NCBI RefSeq assembly: GCF_964204645.1
Contig: NC_134027.1
Location: forward strand, 22,468,560-22,532,559
DNA length: 64,000 bases
Source of the DNA: Tubulanus polymorphus
Taxonomy: Eukaryota > Animalia > Nemertea
Direction of reading: 5' to 3'
Part shown: one piece after another, positions 49,500-60,798 of the stretch
How the letters are laid out: each line of letters begins with the position of its first letter
Numbering within the stretch: the first letter of the stretch is position 1
The notes under the pieces: generated by a model
Told to the model about the DNA's origin: nothing
Databases searched by the model: none
Seen by the model: only the letters and a program-made list of their open reading frames with translations
Translations under genes and position numbers: made by a program

Positions 49500-50904
49500 T
49501 ATCAACCCTGTGAGTCCGGGGGACACTGAAACTGAAGAATGCCCTTAATGCGTTAACAGTATCGCCACCTGGTGGATTCCCGCTGGCCGCAAGTAGAGCC
49601 CTCGCTTACCAACGAGTCCTAATTACAGAAACTAAATTGTTTTATGATAAAATGTCGACAATCCCACAATAATAACGGAAAGATTATTATTCTATAATTT
49701 AGTTTAAGATTTGATACAAAAACGGTACCTGTTTCCAAAGATCTAGCTGCCAACGTACATACGTACTTTAACGCGGGCACAGGGTGTCAACGTAAATTCC
49801 CCGATGATAAAGAAGAAACAATGTTTCTTTTTTGAAAAACCCTATGAATAATATTGATTTTATTTGCAGACACATTCGTAACAAATACATAACAAAGATC
49901 GAGTAACAAATGCTTCCTTGGTAATTTGACTTTTTATTTCCTTTGTCGGCGCTTATTAGACGATCGGGGATAGTTTTAAGATTCGAACTTAAGAGTCCGA
50001 AAAGTTGCTTCACGCGGTAGCTATAGGAAATTGGCACGACTATATATGTTTGATAACGCTACCTTTCATTGTGATGAACAGTTTGCTTTGCTTTTGAGTG
50101 GAAAACTTGTTTTTATTTCCAAGGACGGATTCAAAATTACGTTAAAATCAGTTGAATCTAGTCGAATTATATGATATCGCATGAAAGAACTTTAAATTTT
50201 TTTGAATATCCTAATTTCTTTTTGCGCTCACCTTATAGTCAGAATGAGCTAGATTTTTTTTCAAGATCCCGTAGATGGACCTGGCAGCCATTTGAGGTTT
50301 CGAACCCATAGATCCAGATACGACTGATAAAAAATTCGAGCGTCATTATAGTTTGAATGGTATTTCAGTTTTAAAATTAACATCGGAAGTTCAATCACTG
50401 CAGTCGAACCACTAAATCCGTCCTTGCAATTCAGCTCCACTTTCGCGATGTTTGCTTATAGATTCGTCATCATTTGAAGACGATTATAAAAACGAATCGC
50501 TATGTATATACGGAAAATATATATTTACACGACTTCCATCGTTTAACAAGACAATACCTCTAAAAAGCCACATTTATAAAGTATACAGCAGGAAAAAATG
50601 TGAGGGACCGGTTTCATAGACTTATCAAAATTTACACGTTGAATGTAAAGTACGATCATATATATTAGGACGTATTGATAATAATTATAATAATAATTTA
50701 TTAATTTATAGCGTGAAACTATAAATTGATATCCGCGCTATGCACCACATGAGAAAATAAAATACTTTTTTCATTAGCGGTGAAGATGAAGGTGATGTAG
50801 GTGAAGATGTACCAAGAAGTCAAGCCTACACTTTGATTTTGACGCACTACGGCGGAATTTAGTAGGTAATAAGTAATAATGAAATTCGGAATCAAATCTA
50901 CATA

Positions 50905-51337
50905 AACTCTTGGAATAATTGACGAAATTGGATACGTGCAGTACGTTCCAACGCGAAAAACCTTCCCAGTCGATGAAACCAGTCCCACGATTCCTATTAC
51001 ATCAGCATTCCGCCCTCTTAATTTCACTATACAGATTCTCATTTGTTCTTTTTTTCAATATATATTTCTTACACATTTCAAAAACTATTTTCTTTTCTTT
51101 TTATGCGAAAAGTCTTCATATATCTCAAGTTCGCGAACCCACTGCCTTTTGGCATCTTACATCTTTAGTAACGCAAGCAGTATATATATTCACTTTGTAA
51201 GCAGTTATAAAGTTATTTTTATCACATATGATCATCTTTACACATTACTTATATGCATCGAAATTCGTTTTTTGTTTCACATATATAGCTCGTATGCATA
51301 CGTATATGTCGGCTGCGTTTTTCAAAGCAATGCATAA
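50905..51337 (+). pseudogene. Possible decayed GPCR paralog fragment (TM1-TM3)
   Basis: One frame reads TLGII...RKTF...PTIP...HCLLASYIFS...VSSYKVIFITYDH, echoing PLGSVFN...YTFP...SCIF...VSNYTVIVMAIERF of the intact GPCR; judged by eye only. Confidence 0.3.
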
Positions 51338-54300
51338 ATCGGTTTCAAAATAGAAACAAAAGATATGGGCTAATGAATAGTTGCCCATCAGGATTTTAGC
51401 GACAGAAAATGAAGTTATTCTCACTGCGGGTAACATAGCTCCAGGCAGTGTCGCCCCCATCTGGCTATAGCTGAGCAGCCAATCAAAGCGAGGTAAACAC
51501 TTCCAGTTCCGCCCTCAGACGTAAAGTTATGAGCAAGCACTCTCGTAAATTCCTATGCACTCTACTGAGGACCGTCGTCGTAGCTGGGACCATGGTTATA
51601 ACTTATCCAAATGATGACCTTCACTTAGTAGATTTAATTAAAAATACACATTGGGACTAAAAATATGTAAAGACGACTTAAACTTATGTGACGGCTTACA
51701 CCATTGAAATTTAGTGTAAGCAGTGGTGGACCCAGGAGGTGTGCAGGGGCGCACGTACCTCCTCATTTCGACAGTTACCTTTTCTACCCAAGACTTTTTG
51801 TTTAGAAAATTGTTAAATTGTGAACATACTTAATTACTAATATAAACCAGGAAAGTGCTCAGAATGCATCTAATTTTTCAACATTTCCGGGAGGACCATA
51901 CCCAGACCCCGTCCCATATGCAAGTAGTGACCCAAGTAAGTAGTGTGCACCCCCTTTTCCTAAAGGATAAGCGAGGTTATGGTAGGCCTACTATAGAATT
52001 GCTTGTGATATAAATCTTGAATTGATAGTCATTATTTTTGGTAATCAGAACCCAGTTGTGAATCATAAGTTCATTTCCAAATACATCTACCCAGCTTTTG
52101 AAAAAAAATATTTCAACCAAGATCCACGGACTCGAGCAGGCCCTTAGAATCGATTTTGTTAGATATTTCGAAATTCACCGTGTTGAGGAAATTCTGCTTT
52201 GAAAAACGCAGCCCAATTATTCCACTATCGTTTCCAGCTATTTCATTATCACTCGTAGGAACACTGATTTGCATCCGTCGATAATCACATTCTGTATCAT
52301 TTTCTGCATACGACGCACGTACATGGTTGGTGTTTACATTAGGTATTTACAAAACAGAATGATTTGCATCACCTTGAATCGATTTCAATAACAAGATGCA
52401 ATCTCTGATTATTCTCGTGATGACAACAAATCGATCAAAAATGCATGAAACCCGAAAGCGAAAATCAAGATAAAAAGCAGCACAAGCGCTCGCTGCGGCC
52501 GCAATTCTTTTGCAGGCATGTTCTTACATTGTCAGTGTACTGACGCCACTCCGAATTCAAGCTTTGAACAGAAAACCGAAGAGAAGTTCATGCCCATCGT
52601 CTCTTCTACTAAGGAACCTTTCATCCACCGAAAGTTCAGTTTGATACGCGCCCGGATAACTAACAAACAAAGATGGAACATCTGAAATTTCAGTTGCTTT
52701 TAGAGTATTCAGAGTTATGTTTCGCTCATAACGGTAACACCCACAGTTCAAGGGTAGATCCAAGTAGAGGTCAAGGGAAAAGCCACCCAATCCCCTATTT
52801 TGCCCAGGTAACGTTTTCACAATCTGGTAGAAAGCTGGGCATAGTGGAAAATTGTTGCTGCTAATTTTGTCCTAGAATCACTAGATGCTCAGAACATGAC
52901 TCATTTTTTTCGAACTTGAGGAGGACCTCTAAATTCCTTCAAGGGCCCTAGTTGGTGGGCGCCAAGTACATGTATACAAATAGGCCAACGATACTTGACC
53001 CTATCCCCTCCCCTCCATTCAAAGCTCCTGGATCGATCCGCCCCTGTGGTTAGTTGAAGTGATGTGGTACCACATGCCAATGATCGCGACCAAATTGCGC
53101 AAGAGCTCACCCTGATCACATGCATGAATATATCTACCATTTAAACAAAAGCGACCTCTACTGGCAAGAATGGTCGTCAAAAAGCTTGATAATGTTAGTT
53201 GCAGCCGTTTCCGCTTCGTGAATTTATCGGGGTAAATACCTCGTTTTAACGACTACCGAAAGGGGTGTACTTTGATTGCCAAGTGCGAGCCGACCAGTGC
53301 GAACACTCACTTTTACAAGCGAAGGTTGAAGGTGGTGATAGTGGCATAGACACAACACTAACAAAAAGCTCGGGTTTATTATTGAAAATATGGTCGAAAA
53401 ATGGAATGCGTACATCAAAAATGTTAATAGAACGAATACATTTGATGCAGATAAAATTGGGGTTGGGGTTTGAAAAAACAAAAAGAAAAACTGCCATGTC
53501 TATGAAGAGCGAAATGGCTTCTAAACATTCCCCTGTTTATCGATTGAATATTTCACGGGAGCTTTTTGAGAGTTTTGTCTGTACCTCCGTTCACCTTGCT
53601 TTACACTGCAAAATAAAATATACACAATTTGAATAAAAATCTAATGTAATACTTGAAAATAAATACAAACAAAAAAGTCAACTCACTGTGGAAATAAAAA
53701 CAAACGTTTAGATGGCCGCACACGCGATGAAGCCTACAGTTAGTCACAGAGATAGTTGTATAGATCGAGCAACGTTCGGAACAAGTCAGACTAAGCTGCT
53801 GTAAGTTATTAAATAACTCTGAAGTAAGCTTGCTGATAAATTACTCAGAAAAGTTGCGAGCTGTCGTTAGTTCAGAAAATCAAAATGTAGGCGTAGTACC
53901 AATAACATGATGACCACGAGGGACAAGGGTTTTGACGGATTCTGTCATAAGTCTTTAATGCTTCAAAAGCGTATGCGGCCAGTTTAAATCAACCTCAGAA
54001 AATAATTCAAACATAAATCATCGATATCGATGAACTTGCAACCGGATATTAAGCAGTAATCTTACAAAAGTTGTCAATGGTGATCCGGATTTGCATTTGA
54101 AGGAATCAACGTAAATTAATGTACAATTTTACAGAACCCCAGGTAGGCCTTTTTACAGAATGCCAAATATCCAAAATATCAATGTAACCTTTTTAGAACT
54201 CGTCCACGTCGGATTAGTTTTTGAATTACCAGTTTTATTTTATAACATTCAATATAGTTTTTCTTAACATGAATATAATATATGTAAGATTATTCGAAAA

Positions 54301-54724
54301 CGTTCTTAAATTTTTCATATAAAGACAACATCGATAAGAATAAAATTGACGGGTACTTGGTGCCGACTGAATATCAGCTGCATCGGTTTTTCGTCGAAGA
54401 GCACCACTTCAAAAATGCCTTTCATTATTTCAAGTAAACAACCATTCGAAGGTTGTTGTTAACTTTCCACACCACGAATCAGAAATTAGGGTTAGGGAAT
54501 TTTTCCGATATGCAGAAATTTTGTAACATTTATCGAAGTATATGCACACGGTTTTATCTTGTACTATCCTTCCTTGACGTTTGGCAAATTTTTCTTATTC
54601 CCTAGGCTGCGGTTCCCCCAAACATTATTGAACTGCTATCTATGATGGAACAAAGCCCAGGGTGTACAATTTGCAAAGAAGGCCTAATTGTGACCAGTTG
54701 TCATGTGTGGTGTTAATTATAGTA

Positions 54725-55019
54725 GCGACCACACGAGCATTTTTGGCCCGTGCCAAATTTGGCCCGGAAAACTGGTCACACGGGTGCTAAATGGGCCCGT
54801 GCCTATTTGGCCCGAGCCAAATTTCAGCAAGGGTCGAATAATTACCTCGAATAATTGAGTGTGAATCGCAACTGGTTCCGTGGGTGACTAATTGCATTGT
54901 TTAGTGTCGAGTGAGTGGTTGTGCACGCGAAAGCGCTCTCTAAATAGGCACGGGCTAAATTTGTCTCGATCTTGATCTGTACCAATTTGGCCCGGGCCAT
55001 ATCGACGCCGTGTGATCGC
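54725..55019. mobile_element. MITE with (aaatttggcccg) internal repeats
   Basis: Termini GCGACCACACG / CGTGTGATCGC and inverted internal repeat units. Confidence 0.65.
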
Positions 55020-55186
55020 GTCTTATGTAACTTATGGAACATATAGTCTAAACAGAAAGTTCGGCGGCGTACCGGAAGGATAGTACCACTGAAAGACTGC
55101 TCTGCTCCACTCAAAACGGAATGCAAGCGAATTGTTATAATTGGATAAGACGACACATTAAGACGAAAAAATATATCGAAATTTAA

Positions 55187-55372
55187 CCCTTAAAGCGGCG
55201 CCAGGCTCGTCAAAATAAGGGGTGAACTCCCATAGAGGATGATAATCACCAATGCTCTGCTATACGGATTAATACTATAAATAAACATAAGGTGGCAGCA
55301 TTGTCGCCCTCGGTGCCTTAAGCTTGATCGAGCGCCGGGCAAAATGGATTCGTTATTCCGGCGCTTTAAGGG
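55187..55372. mobile_element. piggyBac-type MITE
   Basis: TTAA|CCCTTAAAGCG ... CGCTTTAAGGG|TTTAA. Confidence 0.7.
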
Positions 55373-55590
55373 TTTAAGCAGAAATATCATAACGGAATCG
55401 TTAAAAGCCCGTGCGCATATATTCCGCTACATGTATACAAGCATATCACAGATGGCTTTAATTTCTCAAACATTAATACGATGCCGCACGAATATCCCAT
55501 TTGATGGATTCCAGTTGTACATATTTGAAACAATGAATGGAATTATGCAATGTTGTATATCGGAAAAAATGGAATAACTCGACGTTCAGC

Positions 55591-58500
55591 TTAAGATCTT
55601 TTCTTTCCCTTCCTCTTTTTCTTCTTCTGTTCTTGTTCGTCCGAGTCTTTGATGAATTTGTTATACACCAAGTCGTACAGGTCAATCTCGTCAGTTACTT
55701 TGCTCGGTTCCGCATTCACCGAGCCCGAAACAACGTTCTTTTTATTAGTCTTGCTTTCTTTGTCTTCGATTCCGAAAAATTTCTCGACGGCTTTAAGAAC
55801 TTTCTTCAATATCCCCGGCTGGTTGTCGTCCGCGCCCGGCTTTTTATCGAGATGGTCAGGCACGCCATCGTTATCGTCATCGGGATCGAGATAATCCGTT
55901 AATCCATCACCGTCCAGATCTTGTTGGGTATCCGGAATACCGTCTCCGTTCGCGTCTTTATCCATATGATCCGGGATACCGTCATTATCGTCGTCATCGT
56001 CTAGTAAATCGGGGATACCATCGCCATCCGTATCCTGAAGGACGCAATCCTTTTTATCATTACCATCGGCATCATCGTCCTCCCAGTCCGGAATTCCGTC
56101 ATTGTCGTCATCGTCATCTAGAAAGTCGGGTATCCCATCCCCGTCAGTATCTTTAGTTTTATCTACGTGTTCCATACTATCGGGAACGCCGTCGCAATCC
56201 CGATCGCTGAGCTGTTTAGAACCGCGTCCTTTTCCGAAATTCTTCGAGTCTTTATCTAAATGATTCGGAATTCCGTCGTTGTCGTCATCGGTATCCAGAT
56301 GGTCGGGGATCCCGTCGCCATCGGTATCTTTCATGTAGTTCGGGTGATCTTTGTCTAAGTGATCGGGGATTCCGTCGTTATCGTCATCGGTATCAAGGTA
56401 ATCAGGGATACCGTCACCGTCCGAGTCTTTATACTTTCCATAATCCGGATGATCTTTGTCAAGATGGTCCGGGATTCCGTCGTTGTCGTCATCGTCATCT
56501 AAATGATCGGGTACCCCATCTCCGTCCGAGTCTTTCATCACCTTTCCGAAATCGACGTGATCTTTATCGAGATGGTCCGGGATTCCGTCATTATCGTCGT
56601 CATTGTCGAGATAGTCGGGGATACCGTCTTTATCAGAGTCGGAAAACTTTCCAAAATCGGGGTGGTCCTTATCCAGGTGATCCGGTATGCCGTCATTGTC
56701 GTCATCAGTGTCGAGATAGTCGGGGATTCCATCGCCGTCGCTGTCTCTCAGCTTCCCGAAATCAGGATGATCTCTATCTAGATAATCCGGTATGCCATCA
56801 TTATCATCATCGATATCCAGATAATCGGGTATACCGTCACCGTCGGAATCTTTACAATTTCCGTATTCGTGATGATCTTTGTCCAAGCAGTCCGGTATAC
56901 CGTCATTGTCGTCATCGGTATCCAGATGATCTGGGATACCGTCTTTATCTTTGTCGAAGGATTTACCGAAATCGGGATGATCTTTGTCCAAGTGATCGGG
57001 AATCCCGTCGTTGTCGTCATCCATGTCTAGATAATCGGGAATGCCATCCATATCTGTATCTTTACATTTACCATAATCCGAGTGATCTTTGTCAAGACAG
57101 TCTATAATCCCATCGTTATCATCGTCGTTATCGAGATGGTCGGGTATGCCATCACCATCGGTATCTTCTTTGCTATCTGCCACACCATCGCCATCGTCAT
57201 CTTTATCCTGTATATCCGGGATACCATCTCCATCATCGTCAGTGTCCAGATAATCGGGAATACCGTCTCCATCCGTATCTTTGAATTTCCCGAAGTCCGG
57301 ATGATCTTTATCTAGATGATCGGGGATGCCGTCATTATCATCATCGCTGTCCAAATAATCCGGGATACCATCGCCATCGGAATCTTGTAGTTTCCCGAAA
57401 TCCGGGTGATCTTTGTCGAGGTAATCAGGGATTCCATCATTGTCATCGTCATTATCTAAATGATCGGGGATACCATCTCCATCCGAGTCTTTGTACTTTC
57501 CGTAATGTTCGTGGTCTTTGTCTAAATGGTCTGGAATTCCGTCATTATCATCATCTGTATCCAGGTAATCGGGAATACCATCTCCATCGGAATCTTTAAA
57601 TTTTCCAAACATCGGATGGTCTTTGTCCAAATGATCGGGAATACCGTCATTATCGTCATCGATGTCCAACCAGTCTGGTATCCCGTCCTCGTCGCTATCG
57701 ATTAGAGTACCAAACTCAGCGTGATCGGAATCTAAATAATCGGGAATTCCGTCGTTGTCGTCGTCATTGTCGAGGTGATCTGGGATACCATCCCCATCAG
57801 CATCCATACACTTTCCGAAACTCGGGTGATCCTTATCTAAACAATCGGGAACTCCGTCGTTGTCATCGTCGGTGTCCAAATCGTCGGGAATTCCGTCACC
57901 ATCCGTGTCCTGTTTCTTACCAAACGATTTATGATCCTTATCTAGGTGATCCGGGATTCCGTCGTTGTCGTCATCGTTATCTAAAAGATCGGGGACCCCA
58001 TCACCATCGGCATCCCTACAAGTTCCGTAGCTGGGGTGATCTTTATCCAAACAATCCGCAATTCCATCATTATCGTCATCACTATCGAGATAGTCCGGAA
58101 TTCCATCACCGTCTGAGTCTTTAACCTTACCGTACAGAGGATGATCTTTATCGAGATGATCCGGGATTCCATCGTTGTCGTCATCGGGGTCCAAGTGATC
58201 GGGAATTCCATCCCCATCAGCATCGGCGCATTTCCTATAACTAGGGTGATCTTTATCTAAACAATCGGGTATACCATCGTTGTCGTCATCGGTGTCCATA
58301 TAATCCGGAATACCATCTCCGTCAGAATCAACAAACTTACCATATTTTACATGATCGGGATCTAAATGATCTGGGATTCCATCATTATCGTCGTCGGTGT
58401 CCAAGTGGTCGGGGGTTCCATCTCCATCAGCATCTTCCTGGCTATCCGGGATACCGTCACCATCGTCATCATCATCTTGGTAGTCGGGGATACCATCTCC

Positions 58501-60798
58501 ATCAGTATCGACTTCCTGGTCATCGGGAATGCCATCGCCATCGTCGTCATTATCAATATGGTCTGGAATTCCATCTCCATCTGTGTCTTTACAAGTTCCA
58601 TAACTGGGATGATCTTTATCTAAACAATCTGCAATTCCATCATTGTCATCATCGTTATCTTTACCATCTGGAATGCCGTCACCATCGGTATCCTCTTGAC
58701 TGTCTGGGATACCATCACCATCATCATCGTTGTCAAGGTGATCCGGGATTCCATCACCATCAGTATCTTCCTGGTTATCAGGGATACCATCTCCATCGTC
58801 ATCTTTGTCAAGATGATCAGGGATACCATCATTGTCGTCATCATCATCTAGATGATCTGGGATGCCATCTCCATCGGAATCTTTACATGTTCCATAACTG
58901 GGATGATCTTTGTCTAAACAGTCAACAACTCCATCATTGTCATCATCATTGTCTTTACCATCTGGTACACCATCACCATCTGAATCTTCCTGGCTGTCTG
59001 GGATACCATCACCATCATCATCATTATCAAGGTAATCTGGGATTCCATCTCCATCAGTATCTTTACAAGTTCCATAACTCGGATGATCTTTGTCCATGCA
59101 GTCAACAACACCATCGTTATCATCATCATCATCTTTTCCATCAGGGATTCCATCGCCATCAGTATCCTCTTGACTATCCGGGATACCATCACCATCGTCA
59201 TCGTTGTCAAGGTGATCCGGGATACCATCTCCATCGGTGTCTTCCTGGCTATCAGGGATACCATCTCCATCATCATCCTTGTCAAGATGATCTGGGATAC
59301 CATCGTTGTCGTCATCGTCATCTAGATGGTCTGGAATTCCATCTCCGTCTGTGTCTTTACACGTTCCATAACTGGGATGATCTTTATCTAAACAATCAAC
59401 AACTCCATCATTGTCATCATCATTGTCTTTACCATCTGGTACACCATCGCCATCTGAATCTTCTTGACTGTCTGGGATACCATCACCATCATCATCGTTA
59501 TCAAGGTAGTCTGGGATACCATCACCATCAGTATCTTTACAAGTTCCATAACTCGGATGATCTTTGTCCATGCAGTCAACGACACCATCGTTATCATCAT
59601 CATCATCTTTTCCATCAGGGATTCCATCACCGTCAGTATCCTCTTGACTGTCTGGGATACCATCACCATCGTCATCGTTGTCAAGGTGATCCGGGATTCC
59701 ATCCCCATCGGTGTCTTCTTGGCTATCAGGGATACCGTCTCCATCATCATCTTTGTCCAGATGATCAGGGATACCATCATTGTCATCATCGTCGTCAAGG
59801 TAATCTGGGATGCCATCTCCATCGGTATCTTTGCAAGTTCCGTACGTTGGATGATCTTTATCCATGCAGTCAATGATACCATCATTATCATCATCGTTAT
59901 CTTTCCCATCGGGAATTCCGTCACCATCAGTATCCTCTTGACTGTCTGGGATACCATCACCATCGTCATCGTTGTCAAGATGATCCGGTATTCCATCCCC
60001 ATCGGTATCTTCTTGGCTATCTGGAATACCATCTCCGTCATCATCTTTGTCCAAATGATCAGGGATACCATCATTGTCGTCATCATCATCCAAGTAGTCT
60101 GGAATTCCATCTCCATCAGTATCTTTACAAGTTCCATAAGTGGGATGATCTTTGTCTAAACAATCAATGATTCCATCATTGTCATCATCGTTATCTTTAC
60201 CATCAGGGATTCCATCACCATCAGTGTCCTCTTGACTGTCTGGGATACCATCACCATCATCATCATTGTCAAGGTGATCGGGTATTCCATCTCCATCAGT
60301 ATCTTCCTGGTTATCAGGGATACCATCTCCATCGTCATCTTTGTCTAGGTGATCCGGGATACCATCATTGTCGTCATCATCGTCAAGATGATCTGGTATT
60401 CCATCTCCATCTGTGTCTTTACACCTTCCGTAGCTAGGATGATCTTTATCTAAACAATCGACAATTCCATCATTGTCATCGTCATTGTCTTTACCATCTG
60501 GTACACCATCACCATCTGAATCTTCTTGACTGTCTGGGATACCATCACCATCATCATCGTTATCAAGGTGATCCGGAATTCCATCACCATCAGTATCTTT
60601 GTGTTTAGCCTTATACAGAGGATGGTCAGCATCCTGTGAATCTGGGACTCCATCGTTATCATCGTCATTATCTAAGTGATCAGGGATTCCATCTCCGTCC
60701 GAGTCAGGTGACTGCTTCCCACAATCCGGACCACGACAGTGACCTTCTTCACTGACACTCATCAACTTTCTACAAGTCACACAAGATCCACCACCAAG
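55591..60798 (-). CDS. Terminal exon of a giant Asp-rich protein made of thrombospondin type-3-like Ca2+-binding repeats (about 1735 aa in this exon; upstream exons unresolved)
   Basis: 5.2-kb stop-free frame with about 100 DxDxDG(I/V)PD motifs and paired Cys units (DCLDKDHPSYGTCK). Variation between units is mostly synonymous. Acceptor ttctattgtag|CTT at 60799-60800 is in frame; TAA at 55591-55593; candidate polyA signal near 54234. Confidence 0.9.
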   Translation of the reverse strand, partial: LGGGSCVTCRKLMSVSEEGHCRGPDCGKQSPDSDGDGIPDHLDNDDDNDGVPDSQDADHPLYKAKHKDTDGDGIPDHLDNDDDGDGIPDSQEDSDGDGVPDGKDNDDDNDGIVDCLDKDHPSYGRCKDTDGDGIPDHLDDDDDNDGIPDHLDKDDDGDGIPDNQEDTDGDGIPDHLDNDDDGDGIPDSQEDTDGDGIPDGKDNDDDNDGIIDCLDKDHPTYGTCKDTDGDGIPDYLDDDDDNDGIPDHLDKDDDGDGIPDSQEDTDGDGIPDHLDNDDDGDGIPDSQEDTDGDGIPDGKDNDDDNDGIIDCMDKDHPTYGTCKDTDGDGIPDYLDDDDDNDGIPDHLDKDDDGDGIPDSQEDTDGDGIPDHLDNDDDGDGIPDSQEDTDGDGIPDGKDDDDDNDGVVDCMDKDHPSYGTCKDTDGDGIPDYLDNDDDGDGIPDSQEDSDGDGVPDGKDNDDDNDGVVDCLDKDHPSYGTCKDTDGDGIPDHLDDDDDNDGIPDHLDKDDDGDGIPDSQEDTDGDGIPDHLDNDDDGDGIPDSQEDTDGDGIPDGKDDDDDNDGVVDCMDKDHPSYGTCKDTDGDGIPDYLDNDDDGDGIPDSQEDSDGDGVPDGKDNDDDNDGVVDCLDKDHPSYGTCKDSDGDGIPDHLDDDDDNDGIPDHLDKDDDGDGIPDNQEDTDGDGIPDHLDNDDDGDGIPDSQEDTDGDGIPDGKDNDDDNDGIADCLDKDHPSYGTCKDTDGDGIPDHIDNDDDGDGIPDDQEVDTDGDGIPDYQDDDDDGDGIPDSQEDADGDGTPDHLDTDDDNDGIPDHLDPDHVKYGKFVDSDGDGIPDYMDTDDDNDGIPDCLDKDHPSYRKCADADGDGIPDHLDPDDDNDGIPDHLDKDHPLYGKVKDSDGDGIPDYLDSDDDNDGIADCLDKDHPSYGTCRDADGDGVPDLLDNDDDNDGIPDHLDKDHKSFGKKQDTDGDGIPDDLDTDDDNDGVPDCLDKDHPSFGKCMDADGDGIPDHLDNDDDNDGIPDYLDSDHAEFGTLIDSDEDGIPDWLDIDDDNDGIPDHLDKDHPMFGKFKDSDGDGIPDYLDTDDDNDGIPDHLDKDHEHYGKYKDSDGDGIPDHLDNDDDNDGIPDYLDKDHPDFGKLQDSDGDGIPDYLDSDDDNDGIPDHLDKDHPDFGKFKDTDGDGIPDYLDTDDDGDGIPDIQDKDDDGDGVADSKEDTDGDGIPDHLDNDDDNDGIIDCLDKDHSDYGKCKDTDMDGIPDYLDMDDDNDGIPDHLDKDHPDFGKSFDKDKDGIPDHLDTDDDNDGIPDCLDKDHHEYGNCKDSDGDGIPDYLDIDDDNDGIPDYLDRDHPDFGKLRDSDGDGIPDYLDTDDDNDGIPDHLDKDHPDFGKFSDSDKDGIPDYLDNDDDNDGIPDHLDKDHVDFGKVMKDSDGDGVPDHLDDDDDNDGIPDHLDKDHPDYGKYKDSDGDGIPDYLDTDDDNDGIPDHLDKDHPNYMKDTDGDGIPDHLDTDDDNDGIPNHLDKDSKNFGKGRGSKQLSDRDCDGVPDSMEHVDKTKDTDGDGIPDFLDDDDDNDGIPDWEDDDADGNDKKDCVLQDTDGDGIPDLLDDDDDNDGIPDHMDKDANGDGIPDTQQDLDGDGLTDYLDPDDDNDGVPDHLDKKPGADDNQPGILKKVLKAVEKFFGIEDKESKTNKKNVVSGSVNAEPSKVTDEIDLYDLVYNKFIKDSDEQEQKKKKRKGKKRS

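Noticed and set aside
55537-60668. Many overlapping ORFs in the giant exon (His-rich 58887-59876 on plus, Met/Thr-rich and Ile/Val-rich frames)
   Set aside because: Shadow frames of the GAT/GAC repeat; only the Asp-rich frame is continuous for 5.2 kb and shows synonymous-biased variation.
55591-60798. Calling the gene thrombospondin/COMP, or a bacterial contaminant or HGT
   Set aside because: No EGF or TSP C-terminal domain in this exon; it has a canonical splice acceptor and is embedded among the same host MITE families.
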